A stretch of 64,000 bases of DNA from Spirochaetia bacterium (GTDB taxonomy: Bacteria; Spirochaetota; Spirochaetia; Treponematales; UBA12059): the NCBI GenBank assembly GCA_034003955.1, contig JAVEXO010000002.1, positions 44,060-108,059 on the forward strand, read 5' to 3'. Positions 9,448-18,060 of this stretch are shown one piece after another. The position numbers and the translations under genes were made by a program. The stretch's first letter is position 1, and every line of letters starts with the position of its first letter. The notes beneath the pieces were generated by a model, which made no database searches, was not told the origin of the DNA, and saw only the letters and a program-made list of their open reading frames with translations.

Positions 9448-10476
9448 TCACTCCCATTTGAAGAGAAAAGAACTCAAGAGCAGGAATACTACAGTCATAC
9501 CGCCGAGAGCGAGTAGATTGGGCATGATTTGTAGGAGCCCGGCACCATCCACCATTATCTTCCTTGAACCTTCTATGAAATGAGTCAGTGGAAAGACCTT
9601 GGCAATTGACCTGAGTATTGGAGGGCTGCCTTCAAGCGAGAAGAATACGCCTGAAAGCGCGAGCATCGGGAAGGTAATAAGGTTGAGCACACCTCCAGCA
9701 AGTTCTTCGCTACGCATGCGTGAAGCAAAGACGAGCCCCAAGGCTATCATGCATAGAATGGCAAGCGTGGTAAGCAGGAGGAGATCAATGTAGCTACCCC
9801 TCATCATGAAGTGCAGGAACAAATTCGTTCCTATAAAGACGAATATCGATGTAAGGAGCACTATGACCAGGCGGCTGGCGGCCTGGGCTGCTATGAAGTC
9901 GATGGCGCGGACAGGAGTAGCCTTGAATCGTTTGAGTACTCCGTTCTTGCGATATCGTACAATGACGTAACCGACACCAAACAGGCTTGAAAACATCAAG
10001 TTCATCCCTATGACTCCAGGAACAAGCCAATCCACATAGCGTGTTTTTTGACCATTAACAACAAGTTCTCCGAATGGCTGGCTCGCGACTCCTTTGGATG
10101 GAGCCTGAACAGACTCCTGGGCTTGGAATAATTCCTTGACGAGCCGACCCTTGCTTGATTCTCCATTGACGGCGAAACGTCTCGAGTCTGTAAACACCAC
10201 GAAGTCAATCTGATGGCGTTCAAGCCTTTCCAAGGCGGCCTCTTCGTTGTCATACGGTATTACCTGGATCTGTTCCATGTGCAGAATGCGTATTGTCGTA
10301 TCGTCGGAACCTACGAGTCCAATCTTGAACAGCGTATCGTCACCTCCTGAGAAGGCGAAGGCTATACCCAGAACCAGGAATACAGGGAATAAAAGATTCC
10401 AGAAAAAAGTACCCCGGTCACGCACAAATTCCATGGTGCGCGCCTTCCACAGGGCGGCGAATTGCTTGATTCTCAT
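9448..10476 (-). CDS. ABC-2 type transporter permease
   Basis: It has one N-terminal TM, an extracytoplasmic loop and a C-terminal block of 5 TM helices. It lies directly downstream of an ABC ATPase. Confidence 0.8.
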   Translation of the reverse strand: MRIKQFAALWKARTMEFVRDRGTFFWNLLFPVFLVLGIAFAFSGGDDTLFKIGLVGSDDTTIRILHMEQIQVIPYDNEEAALERLERHQIDFVVFTDSRRFAVNGESSKGRLVKELFQAQESVQAPSKGVASQPFGELVVNGQKTRYVDWLVPGVIGMNLMFSSLFGVGYVIVRYRKNGVLKRFKATPVRAIDFIAAQAASRLVIVLLTSIFVFIGTNLFLHFMMRGSYIDLLLLTTLAILCMIALGLVFASRMRSEELAGGVLNLITFPMLALSGVFFSLEGSPPILRSIAKVFPLTHFIEGSRKIMVDGAGLLQIMPNLLALGGMTVVFLLLSSFLFKWE

Positions 10477-10490
10477 AGCGTCATTCCTTC

Positions 10491-11375
10491 TCAGGTTCTA
10501 AGGGAATTGCCGGTAAGCTTGATGAACAAGTCTTCCAGGTTGGGTTTATGTATAGACAGGCCTTCCAAGCCCACCTTGGCGCTCAGTAGATCGCGGAGGC
10601 TCTTGTCAACCTTGTTTGTTTGAAGCTCGATGTAATCTTCATGTATGACCATACCATCGAAACCCTGGAGGGCATCGGAACAGCACCCATCGTATGGCAG
10701 CTTTATAAGGACGCCATCAAAATGCTTTTCAAGCAAGGCCTCGGGAGTGTCTATTGCCAGTATGGTACCCTTGTCCATTATGGCAATCCTGTCACACAGG
10801 AGCTGGGCTTCGTCCATGTAATGAGTCGTCAGTATGATGGTGGTATGTTCGGCCTTGACCTTGTTTATCAGATCCCAGAAGTTTCTCCTGGCTTGTGGAT
10901 CGAGTCCAGTGGTAGGCTCATCCAGAAAAACAAGCTCAGGTTTTGGTATTATTGCGAGGGCTAAGAGCATTCTTTGCCTCTGTCCTCCCGACAACTTGCG
11001 GTTGTCGCGCTCCATGATGTCATGGAGCGAACAAAGGTCCACCACTTCTTCCAGGGTTCGTGGCTTCTCGTAGAATGAGGAGAACAATTCCAGGGTCTCA
11101 CGAACCGTTATGAATTCTGGCAATGCCGTATTCTGAAACTGTATGCCAATCTTTGACTTGAAGTCCTTGCCCAACTCCTTGTCTCTAAACAGAACCCGCC
11201 CGGAACTCGGCGTCAATATGCCCTCGAGTATTTCGATGGTCGTCGTTTTCCCGGCCCCATTGGGACCGAGCAGGCCGAAACAAACGCCTTCTGGAATGGC
11301 AAAGGATACATCGTTGACGGCCAAGACCTGGCCATAGCGTTTTGAAAGCCCTTCAATTCTAAGTATGTCGCTCAT
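10491..11375 (-). CDS. ABC transporter ATP-binding protein
   Basis: It has Walker A GPNGAGKTT, signature LSGGQRQR and Walker B LVFLDEPT. Confidence 0.93.
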   Translation of the reverse strand: MSDILRIEGLSKRYGQVLAVNDVSFAIPEGVCFGLLGPNGAGKTTTIEILEGILTPSSGRVLFRDKELGKDFKSKIGIQFQNTALPEFITVRETLELFSSFYEKPRTLEEVVDLCSLHDIMERDNRKLSGGQRQRMLLALAIIPKPELVFLDEPTTGLDPQARRNFWDLINKVKAEHTTIILTTHYMDEAQLLCDRIAIMDKGTILAIDTPEALLEKHFDGVLIKLPYDGCCSDALQGFDGMVIHEDYIELQTNKVDKSLRDLLSAKVGLEGLSIHKPNLEDLFIKLTGNSLRT

Positions 11376-11434
11376 GTATTGAATAATATCGCTAGATACA
11401 ATAATTGGACAAGGAAATAGAGGCTAGACGACGA

Positions 11435-12250
11435 CTAATCGTCGGCAGGAAGCTCTTCTGATATAGGTGCTCCCCAGCTGCGCAGGCGAGTCTCTATGAA
11501 ATCGAGCACTGCCGTATGTTCAGCCTTGCCTCTGCCGCTTACCCTGATGGCTTGACCGAATTCCATCATCACCGGTCTGTCGCGCCTGACCGGGCCGAAA
11601 CCCCTGAAAACAGGAGAATTGCCCCAATAATCTGTCTTTATGGCTACCGGTATGACAGGAACCCCTGCCCGCGACGCCAGCTTGATTCCAAGGCTATTGA
11701 AACCAGAACGCGAGAAGACATCTGTCCTCGTGCCTTGAGGAAAGATGATTATGGACCGGCCGTTGGCAATTCTCTCGGCACCTCCGAGCATGACAGAATC
11801 AAGATCCTTTCGTGGATCTGTACGGCTCACCGGTATTGGGTCTCGTGAACGCATTATGGGGCCCCAGACAACACCATGAAGTAGTTTTTCTTTGACGACA
11901 TAGGTGCATGGGCGGATAGGGTTGATTAATCCTGGTAACAAGAGCGTCTCAAAGGTGCTCATATGGTTGGATACGAATACCGCGGGGCCTGTCAGGGCTC
12001 TTACATTATTGAGACCGGATATGTGAAATTTTGCACCACATCGTTCCAGGTTTTTCAGAATTTCCATGGAGCTCAGAGACCAGGCATCGTCATCATAAAG
12101 ATTTTTTAAAGCCAGAGCCCTTGAACGGAACATGGTGCCAAAGAATTTTATATAGGGGCTCCACCTCGAGTGCAGGAGCACTGTTTCACTCATGAATGGC
12201 CCTATACCAGGAGCGGTTTCGTAGCTATCACCGTCTATATAGTGGTCCAT
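11435..12250 (-). CDS. lysophospholipid (1-acyl-sn-glycerol-3-phosphate-type) acyltransferase
   Basis: It has a PlsC-family block I NHMSTFE (HX4D/E variant) and an FPQGTR block. Confidence 0.8.
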   Translation of the reverse strand: MDHYIDGDSYETAPGIGPFMSETVLLHSRWSPYIKFFGTMFRSRALALKNLYDDDAWSLSSMEILKNLERCGAKFHISGLNNVRALTGPAVFVSNHMSTFETLLLPGLINPIRPCTYVVKEKLLHGVVWGPIMRSRDPIPVSRTDPRKDLDSVMLGGAERIANGRSIIIFPQGTRTDVFSRSGFNSLGIKLASRAGVPVIPVAIKTDYWGNSPVFRGFGPVRRDRPVMMEFGQAIRVSGRGKAEHTAVLDFIETRLRSWGAPISEELPADD

Positions 12251-12397
12251 GTCATTCCTCCAGGAAGAAAGTAAGCGGCACTACAATATGCCGGCTGCGA
12301 AATACCGTCAACATCGATTTTACTCTCACGGAACAATATAGATATACTAATAAGAGCAAGAAGCCAGTGCGTATAGTACTGAAAAGGAGAGTTTTTA

Positions 12398-12679
12398 ATG
12401 ATACAAGCCACATATAATGGAGAGATAATCGCAAGAAGCGACAAGACAATCCTCGTGGAAGGCAATCACTATTTTCCGGCGGACTCTGTTCACAAAGAAT
12501 TCTTGATAGACAGTGACACGCATTCTACCTGCCCCTGGAAGGGAAAAGCATCTTACAAGAGTGTAAAGGTAGGGGATCAAGTGCTCGTCGATGCCTGCTG
12601 GTACTATCCTGATCCAAAGGAAGCGGCGGCTAACATCAAGGGATATCTTGCCTTCTGGAAGGGTGTTAAAGTTGTTTAA
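12398..12679 (+). CDS. DUF427 domain protein
   Basis: This 93-aa protein has the NHYFP and CPWKG..Y motifs typical of DUF427. An AAAGGAG SD is present. Confidence 0.8.
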   Translation: MIQATYNGEIIARSDKTILVEGNHYFPADSVHKEFLIDSDTHSTCPWKGKASYKSVKVGDQVLVDACWYYPDPKEAAANIKGYLAFWKGVKVV

Positions 12680-12722
12680 GACTATGATTTGTGAGGAACA
12701 CGACAATATGAAGGAGAGAACA

Positions 12723-13661
12723 ATGAAGAAAAGATGCAACATAGTATGTCTTGCAGCTACCGTATTGTTGGCCACCATAGCATTAGGTCTATCATCATGC
12801 ACAAAGGCAGAGTCCAAGGGCCCAATCGTCGTGGCCTCAAAGATTGACACAGAAGGCGCCTTGCTTGGCACCATGATACGACTTGTTCTGGAAGACTCAG
12901 GATTCGCCGTCAACGACAAGGTCCAGCTCGGTGCTACAGGAGTCGTCAGGAAGGCACTCATAGCCGGAGAAATTGACCTGTATCCGGAATATACAGGCAA
13001 CGCAGCATATTTCCATGATGAGGCGGATTCACCGTTGTGGAAGGATGCACAGGCTGGCTGGCAACGAGCCAAGGAGCTTGATGCTAAGAAAGGCCTCGTA
13101 TGGCTGGCCTCGGCTCCGGCCAATAACACCTGGGCCATAGCCATACGTAAGGATCTGTCTGATTCAGCCAGACTCTATACCATGAGTGATCTTGGACGGT
13201 ACATCGGCTCTGGAGGAACGTTTAAGCTGGCAGGCTCTGAGGAGTTTGTGACGAGCGCAGCTGCCCTGCCGGCATTCCAGGATGTCTACGGCTTCACGCT
13301 GCGCCAAGATCAGTTGCTTGTGCTTTCAGGAGGCAATACCGCAGCAACGGAGAAGGCCGCGGCCGACGGCACCGACGGTGTCAACGCAGCCATGGCTTAC
13401 GGTACCGATGGACAATTATCGGCGTTTAAGCTTGTAGTGCTTGAAGATGACAGAGGCGTTCAACCGGTCTATGAACCGGCGCCCGTCATACGCAAGGAGG
13501 TACTGGAGCGCTATCCTGAAATAGAGGCTACGCTAGGAGCGGTATTCGCCCGACTGGATCTCGTAACACTACAAACACTAAACGCGGACATAGCTGTAAA
13601 TGGCATCGGCGCGGAGACAGTAGCACAGAGCTGGCTCTTGTCACAGGGGCTACTTAAATAG
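12723..13661 (+). CDS. glycine betaine/choline-type ABC transporter substrate-binding lipoprotein (OpuBC-like)
   Basis: It has the lipoprotein signal MKKRCNIVCLAATVLLATIALGLSSC and an OpuAC-family body (GEIDLYPEYTGN). The start was trimmed to the ATG at 12723, with AAGGAGA 5 nt upstream. Confidence 0.87.
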   Translation: MKKRCNIVCLAATVLLATIALGLSSCTKAESKGPIVVASKIDTEGALLGTMIRLVLEDSGFAVNDKVQLGATGVVRKALIAGEIDLYPEYTGNAAYFHDEADSPLWKDAQAGWQRAKELDAKKGLVWLASAPANNTWAIAIRKDLSDSARLYTMSDLGRYIGSGGTFKLAGSEEFVTSAAALPAFQDVYGFTLRQDQLLVLSGGNTAATEKAAADGTDGVNAAMAYGTDGQLSAFKLVVLEDDRGVQPVYEPAPVIRKEVLERYPEIEATLGAVFARLDLVTLQTLNADIAVNGIGAETVAQSWLLSQGLLK

Positions 13662-13675
13662 CGGCCCTGAGAGCC

Positions 13676-13709
13676 GAGGGTACGCAGGAATCTGGGTCTG
13701 CGTACCCTC
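13676..13709 (+). promoter_or_regulatory. perfect 12-bp stem / 10-nt loop hairpin between the SBP and permease genes
   Basis: gagggtacgcag (13676-13687) pairs perfectly with ctgcgtaccctc (13698-13709). No T-tract follows. Confidence 0.55.
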
Positions 13710-13723
13710 AGGCAGCCCTTGGC

Positions 13724-14866
13724 TTGCTTGGATTATCACTTTTCATCCCATGGTTCGATATACGGCCTAATCGTATAGCCAGAGGATCTCCCTTTTTTGT
13801 CTGGGATTCACATCTGTTGTTGGTACCGTCAATTGCTCTGTTGGTACTGCTCATGGCTGTTATAGTAATCAATAGATACAAGAGTCCTGCCAGGGTCCTG
13901 TTTAACATGGGTGCGTGGCTTGTCTGGTTTGTCTCAATGGCAGTCATGGCCTCGCTTCTGGCCGGAATACGGTCGGCAGCCGCAATGCTTCCAACCATGG
14001 GCATGTATGTACGGGTTTCACCAGCGGCTGGTTTCTGGCTAACAATCGCGGGTTCGGTTCTTGCCATACGTTGGTCAAAACATAGGATAGTCCCGACAAA
14101 ACCCCTGCTGATGGCCGAATTGACTCTTGTATCCATCGGGCTATACCTGGCCTGGAAATTGGGTGCTTTGGAGCGTTTCTCTCCGTATCTGGAGCTACGA
14201 GTGCAGGGCAAACGATTCATAGCAGAACTCATGCGGCATCTGATACTCAGCATTTCAGCCTTCAGTTGTGCGCTGGTCATTGGTGTGCTTGGGGCAATAC
14301 TCTTGTATAGAGGAAGACGCATAGGGACTGTGCTTGGCAGGGCAGCCGGTGTTGTGCAGAACATACCCAGCCTAGCCCTCTTTGGCTTGCTCCTTCCTGT
14401 CATGGCGCTTGTAGCCAACACATTCCCCTCTCTTCGTTCAATAGGAATTTCTGGCATAGGGTTTGCTCCAGCCTTTCTAGCCCTGGTTGCATACGCGCTC
14501 CTGCCTATAATGTTGGCGGGAGCCGCAGGACTCAGGATGGTGGATGCTGGTGCCAAGGATGCTGCTCGTGGCATGGGAATGAGCCCAGGACAAATTCTAT
14601 TCAGGGTGGAATTACCCTTGGCCTTACCTGCCATAACGGCAGGTGCCAGGACGGCTCTGGTACAGACCATAGGTACGACGACGGTAGCCGCCTTGATTGG
14701 AGCCGGGGGCATGGGATACTTCGTATTCCAGGGTGTGGGCCAGGCGGCCATGGACATGGTCATCTTAGGCGTAGTGCCCATTGTGGCACTCTCTTTGTCG
14801 GCTGACAGACTGATGGGCACCCTTGAGCGACGACTTGCCGGAAAGAGGGGCGAAGAATGGCATTGA
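13724..14866 (+). CDS. ABC transporter permease (OpuBB-like) with extra N-terminal multi-TM extension
   Basis: The C-terminal half carries the BPD-transporter EAA-type loop (DAARGMGMSPGQILFRVELPLALP). The roughly 170-aa N-terminal part is hydrophobic. It has a TTG start. Confidence 0.85.
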   Translation: MLGLSLFIPWFDIRPNRIARGSPFFVWDSHLLLVPSIALLVLLMAVIVINRYKSPARVLFNMGAWLVWFVSMAVMASLLAGIRSAAAMLPTMGMYVRVSPAAGFWLTIAGSVLAIRWSKHRIVPTKPLLMAELTLVSIGLYLAWKLGALERFSPYLELRVQGKRFIAELMRHLILSISAFSCALVIGVLGAILLYRGRRIGTVLGRAAGVVQNIPSLALFGLLLPVMALVANTFPSLRSIGISGIGFAPAFLALVAYALLPIMLAGAAGLRMVDAGAKDAARGMGMSPGQILFRVELPLALPAITAGARTALVQTIGTTTVAALIGAGGMGYFVFQGVGQAAMDMVILGVVPIVALSLSADRLMGTLERRLAGKRGEEWH

Positions 14867-15981
14867 TTGAATTCCGTGGCGTGTCAAAACACTATGGCTC
14901 GGCCCCAGCAGTACATGAACTCGATCTAGACATAGACAAAGGACGACTCGTAGCCTTGATTGGCCCCTCGGGTAGTGGAAAGACTACGACCTTAAGGATG
15001 ATAAATCGCCTCGTAGAACCCGATTCAGGCACCATACGCTATGATGGAAGACTGCTCTCCTCCTACAAAACGGAGGATCTGCGTCGTGGCATGGGCTATG
15101 TCATTCAGAGTGTCGGGCTCTTCCCTCATCTCAATGTCATTGAAAACGTATGCACTGTTCCGCTCCTGCTCAAGACGGCTCGATCGCTTGCCGAGAGGCG
15201 GGCCGACGAACTACTCTCTCTGGTAGGTCTTGATCCAGCACTGTATCGCTACCGCTTTCCACGTGAGTTGTCGGGGGGTGAGGCTCAACGTGTTGGCGTG
15301 GCCAGAGCCCTTGCGGCCGACCCTCCGGTGCTGCTGATGGATGAACCATTTGGTGCCGTAGATCCACTGCAGCGAGGCAGGCTGCAGGATGAATTCCTTA
15401 GAATCCAACGCGAGATACAAAAGACAGTCATTCTTGTAACGCATGACCTAGATGAGGCTGTCAGGTTAGCCGATACAATCGTGCTGATGCGCGACGGCAG
15501 AATAGTGCAGCTTGCGTCACCTGCGAGCCTCTTGGCCGAGCCAGCAAATGAATTTGTAAAGGATTTCATAGGCGATGACCGTTCTCTTAAAAGGTTGGCT
15601 CGTGTGAGCGCAGGCTCTGTGGCTCGGATGGCCAATCGTATCGGCTTGGGAGTCAGGGCTCCAAAAGGAGAGGGTTCATGTGACGATCCATCTACATACT
15701 GGGTCGTAGATGGGCAGGGTATGCCTGTAGGGAAAGTCTCTCCCGGTGAAACAGGCAAACCATGGAGGACAGCGCATCCATTATTGACAGAGAACGCCAG
15801 CTTAAAGGATGCTCTGGCCGCCATGCTTGAATCTGGTATGACGGTGCTGGCTCTTGTTGATACGGGAGGACGCCTCAGCATGGAAATCAGTCTTGGAGAT
15901 ATAGCTGCTTCATCTGGAGAAGCCGTCATCGGCTCCGTTGGCTCCGTTGGCTCCGCAGGCTCCTCAGGAGGCAGCTTTTGA
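14857..15981 (+). CDS. ABC transporter ATP-binding protein with C-terminal CBS-like domain (OpuBA/ProV-like)
   Basis: It has Walker A GPSGSGKTT, signature LSGGEAQR and Walker B LLMDEPF. The C-terminal 130 aa are CBS-like. Confidence 0.93.
   Translation: MALIEFRGVSKHYGSAPAVHELDLDIDKGRLVALIGPSGSGKTTTLRMINRLVEPDSGTIRYDGRLLSSYKTEDLRRGMGYVIQSVGLFPHLNVIENVCTVPLLLKTARSLAERRADELLSLVGLDPALYRYRFPRELSGGEAQRVGVARALAADPPVLLMDEPFGAVDPLQRGRLQDEFLRIQREIQKTVILVTHDLDEAVRLADTIVLMRDGRIVQLASPASLLAEPANEFVKDFIGDDRSLKRLARVSAGSVARMANRIGLGVRAPKGEGSCDDPSTYWVVDGQGMPVGKVSPGETGKPWRTAHPLLTENASLKDALAAMLESGMTVLALVDTGGRLSMEISLGDIAASSGEAVIGSVGSVGSAGSSGGSF
15931..15966 (+). repeat. 4 x 9-bp in-frame tandem repeat (GGCTCCGTT-like) encoding GSVGSVGSAGSS
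   Basis: The units read directly as ggctccgtt ggctccgtt ggctccgca ggctcctca, at the 3' end of the ATPase gene. Confidence 0.85.
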
Positions 15982-16706
15982 AACGCTTGAGCGGTCTAAT
16001 ACTAAGCCTTTTAGCCATGGTTTTCGTGACAAGCGAGCGGGCCATGAGCGGATTCTTGAGTCTTCTTTTCCCTGATGAGGCTCAGGCCCTCTATCCCCTG
16101 GCTACTCCCCTTCGCTTGTTTCTACAGCATGCGGGCCTCTCGGTAGGCGCAAGTCTGGCCTCAGCCTTGCTAGGGTTTTCAGCCGGTGTATATGCGTACT
16201 ATAGAAAAGGAACGATGCGGACGCTGGTGCTGGAGCTTGGAGCACTCGTGCAGACCCTGCCGCCTGTAGCGCTTCTAGCCTTACTGGTTCCTCTTCTTGG
16301 TTTTGGCAACAAGCCAGTCTTCCTGGCACTGGCGCTTTACGGGGTGTTGCCTGTCATAAACGGCACCGTGGCGGGTCTGAGATCAGTGCCTCTTGACGCG
16401 ATGGATGCCGCCAGGGGACTCGGCATGAAGAAGACACAAGCCTTCTTTCGTATAGAACTTCCTTTGGCTCTACCTTCCATTGCGGCAGGACTACGTACAT
16501 CCGTTGTAATCAACGTGGGCACCGCCGCAATTGGGGCCACAATGGGTGCCGGAGGATTTGGGCGAGCCATTATGTCCGGGCTTGTTCAGTTTAAGACGAG
16601 CTATGTGGTACAGGGAGCCTTGGCTGCAGCCACCATGGCTCTGGCTCTCGACTGGATACTAGCTAGTATTGAGAAAAGTCTTTCCAGGGTAAGACCGGAA
16701 AGCTGA
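15978..16706 (+). CDS. ABC transporter permease (OpuBD-like)
   Basis: It has the BPD-transporter loop DAARGLGMKKTQAFFRIELPLALP. Its TTG start overlaps the stop of the ATPase. Confidence 0.88.
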   Translation: MKRLSGLILSLLAMVFVTSERAMSGFLSLLFPDEAQALYPLATPLRLFLQHAGLSVGASLASALLGFSAGVYAYYRKGTMRTLVLELGALVQTLPPVALLALLVPLLGFGNKPVFLALALYGVLPVINGTVAGLRSVPLDAMDAARGLGMKKTQAFFRIELPLALPSIAAGLRTSVVINVGTAAIGATMGAGGFGRAIMSGLVQFKTSYVVQGALAAATMALALDWILASIEKSLSRVRPES

Positions 16707-16812
16707 GCCGCTGTGCCGAATTGATTGCCGAAAAGGCATTCATGATCTATCATCGAATGGTCGCCTCCAATTCCAAGACAACGCGGGGACATGACAGAAG
16801 GGATCATTCACA

Positions 16813-18033
16813 ATGGCTGTTAATCAACAGAAAAAGGTACTTGTGCTCAATAGTGGCAGCTCATCACTCAAGTACGAAGTATTTCTCATGCCAAACAAAC
16901 AGAGCCTTGGCAAGGGATCGGTTGAACGTATCGGTGAACCCAAGGGTATCCTGACTCAGAGCTCTCCAAAGGGTTTGGTCAAGGCAGAGGAGGTCTTCGC
17001 CGACCATAAGCATGCAATGCTTCGAGTTGGCCAAACCCTCGTCGATCCATCAAAAGGAATACTCGACAATCTTTCCGATATCGAGGCCATAGGACATCGT
17101 GTCGTGCATGGAGGCGAACGGTTTGCCAGCTCTGTTGCCATAGATGCCGATGTCATCAAGGCACTGGAAGACAATATAGAACTTGCTCCCCTGCATAACC
17201 CAGCCAACCTGACGGGAATCAGGGAAGCCGAGAGCATGTGGCCAGGTGTGCCTCAGGTCGGCGTCTTTGATACGGCTTTTCATCAGACCATGTCACCTAC
17301 CGCCTACCTCTATGCCCTGCCCCGAGAGTTGTACGAAAAACATCGTATTAGGCGTTATGGTTTTCATGGAACCAGTCATCGCTTTGTAGCAGCGAGGGCC
17401 CTTGAGCTCTTAGGACGAAAGGCCGAAAATACCAACCTCATAACCTGCCACCTCGGCAACGGGGCCTCGATAACAGCTATAGAAGGAGGCAGATCCATAG
17501 ACACCTCCATGGGGTTCACCCCGCTTGAAGGTCTCATGATGGGTACGCGGAGTGGAGACTTCGACCCAGCCATCCTCTGCTATCTAGCCGAACGTGGACA
17601 CACGCACCAAGAACTGAACACCATGATAAACAAGAAGAGCGGCCTTCTTGGCTTGTCAGGCATATCCAATGACCTGCGGGATCTTGAAACAGCCGCCGAT
17701 AAGGGCGTAAAAAATGCCATCGAGGCTCTCGATGTCTACGCTCATCGCGTCCGTAAGTATGTAGGAGCATACATGGCCGAGCTTATGCGGGTGGATGCAA
17801 TCGTTTTTACTGGTGGTGTTGGCCAGCATGGCGCTAGAATGCGTGAACGCATATGCCATCGTCTGGAAAACATAGGCATCATGATGGACTACAACGCCAA
17901 TAAAGAAGGCGGTTCCAAGGAGGGGCTTGTGTCACACCCATTCTCCCCCACATCTATACTGGTTATTCCAACAAACGAAGAGCTCCAGATAGCCATGGAC
18001 GCCTTCGATCTATTGTTCAAACCCAAGGCATAG
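16813..18033 (+). CDS. ackA: acetate kinase
   Basis: It has VLVLNSGSSSLKY at the N-terminus, GHRVVHGG, AFHQTM and RRYGFHGTSH motifs. Confidence 0.95.
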   Translation: MAVNQQKKVLVLNSGSSSLKYEVFLMPNKQSLGKGSVERIGEPKGILTQSSPKGLVKAEEVFADHKHAMLRVGQTLVDPSKGILDNLSDIEAIGHRVVHGGERFASSVAIDADVIKALEDNIELAPLHNPANLTGIREAESMWPGVPQVGVFDTAFHQTMSPTAYLYALPRELYEKHRIRRYGFHGTSHRFVAARALELLGRKAENTNLITCHLGNGASITAIEGGRSIDTSMGFTPLEGLMMGTRSGDFDPAILCYLAERGHTHQELNTMINKKSGLLGLSGISNDLRDLETAADKGVKNAIEALDVYAHRVRKYVGAYMAELMRVDAIVFTGGVGQHGARMRERICHRLENIGIMMDYNANKEGGSKEGLVSHPFSPTSILVIPTNEELQIAMDAFDLLFKPKA

Positions 18034-18060
18034 ACATTCATTGAAATTCAGCCAATTTTC

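Noticed and set aside
12395-13144. A 249-aa minus-strand ORF overlaps DUF427 and the SBP gene.
   Set aside because: It is antisense to two well-supported genes. It has biased Ser/Ala/Pro composition, no motif and no SD.
13708-14820. A 370-aa minus-strand ORF lies opposite the OpuB permease gene.
   Set aside because: It is antisense shadow of a GC-rich gene. The product is Ala/Pro/Arg/Ser/Met-rich low-complexity sequence with no SD, while the plus-strand ORF carries a clear BPD-transporter loop.
15285-15929. A 214-aa antisense ORF lies in the ABC ATPase gene. Similar antisense ORFs occur at 25439-26461 (NfeD), 60354-60869 (XDH large subunit), 45726-46677 and 47514-47861 (fusion gene) and 49356-50180 (MCP).
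   Set aside because: All are opposite genes with unmistakable motifs. They lack SD sequences and have compositions typical of antisense frames.
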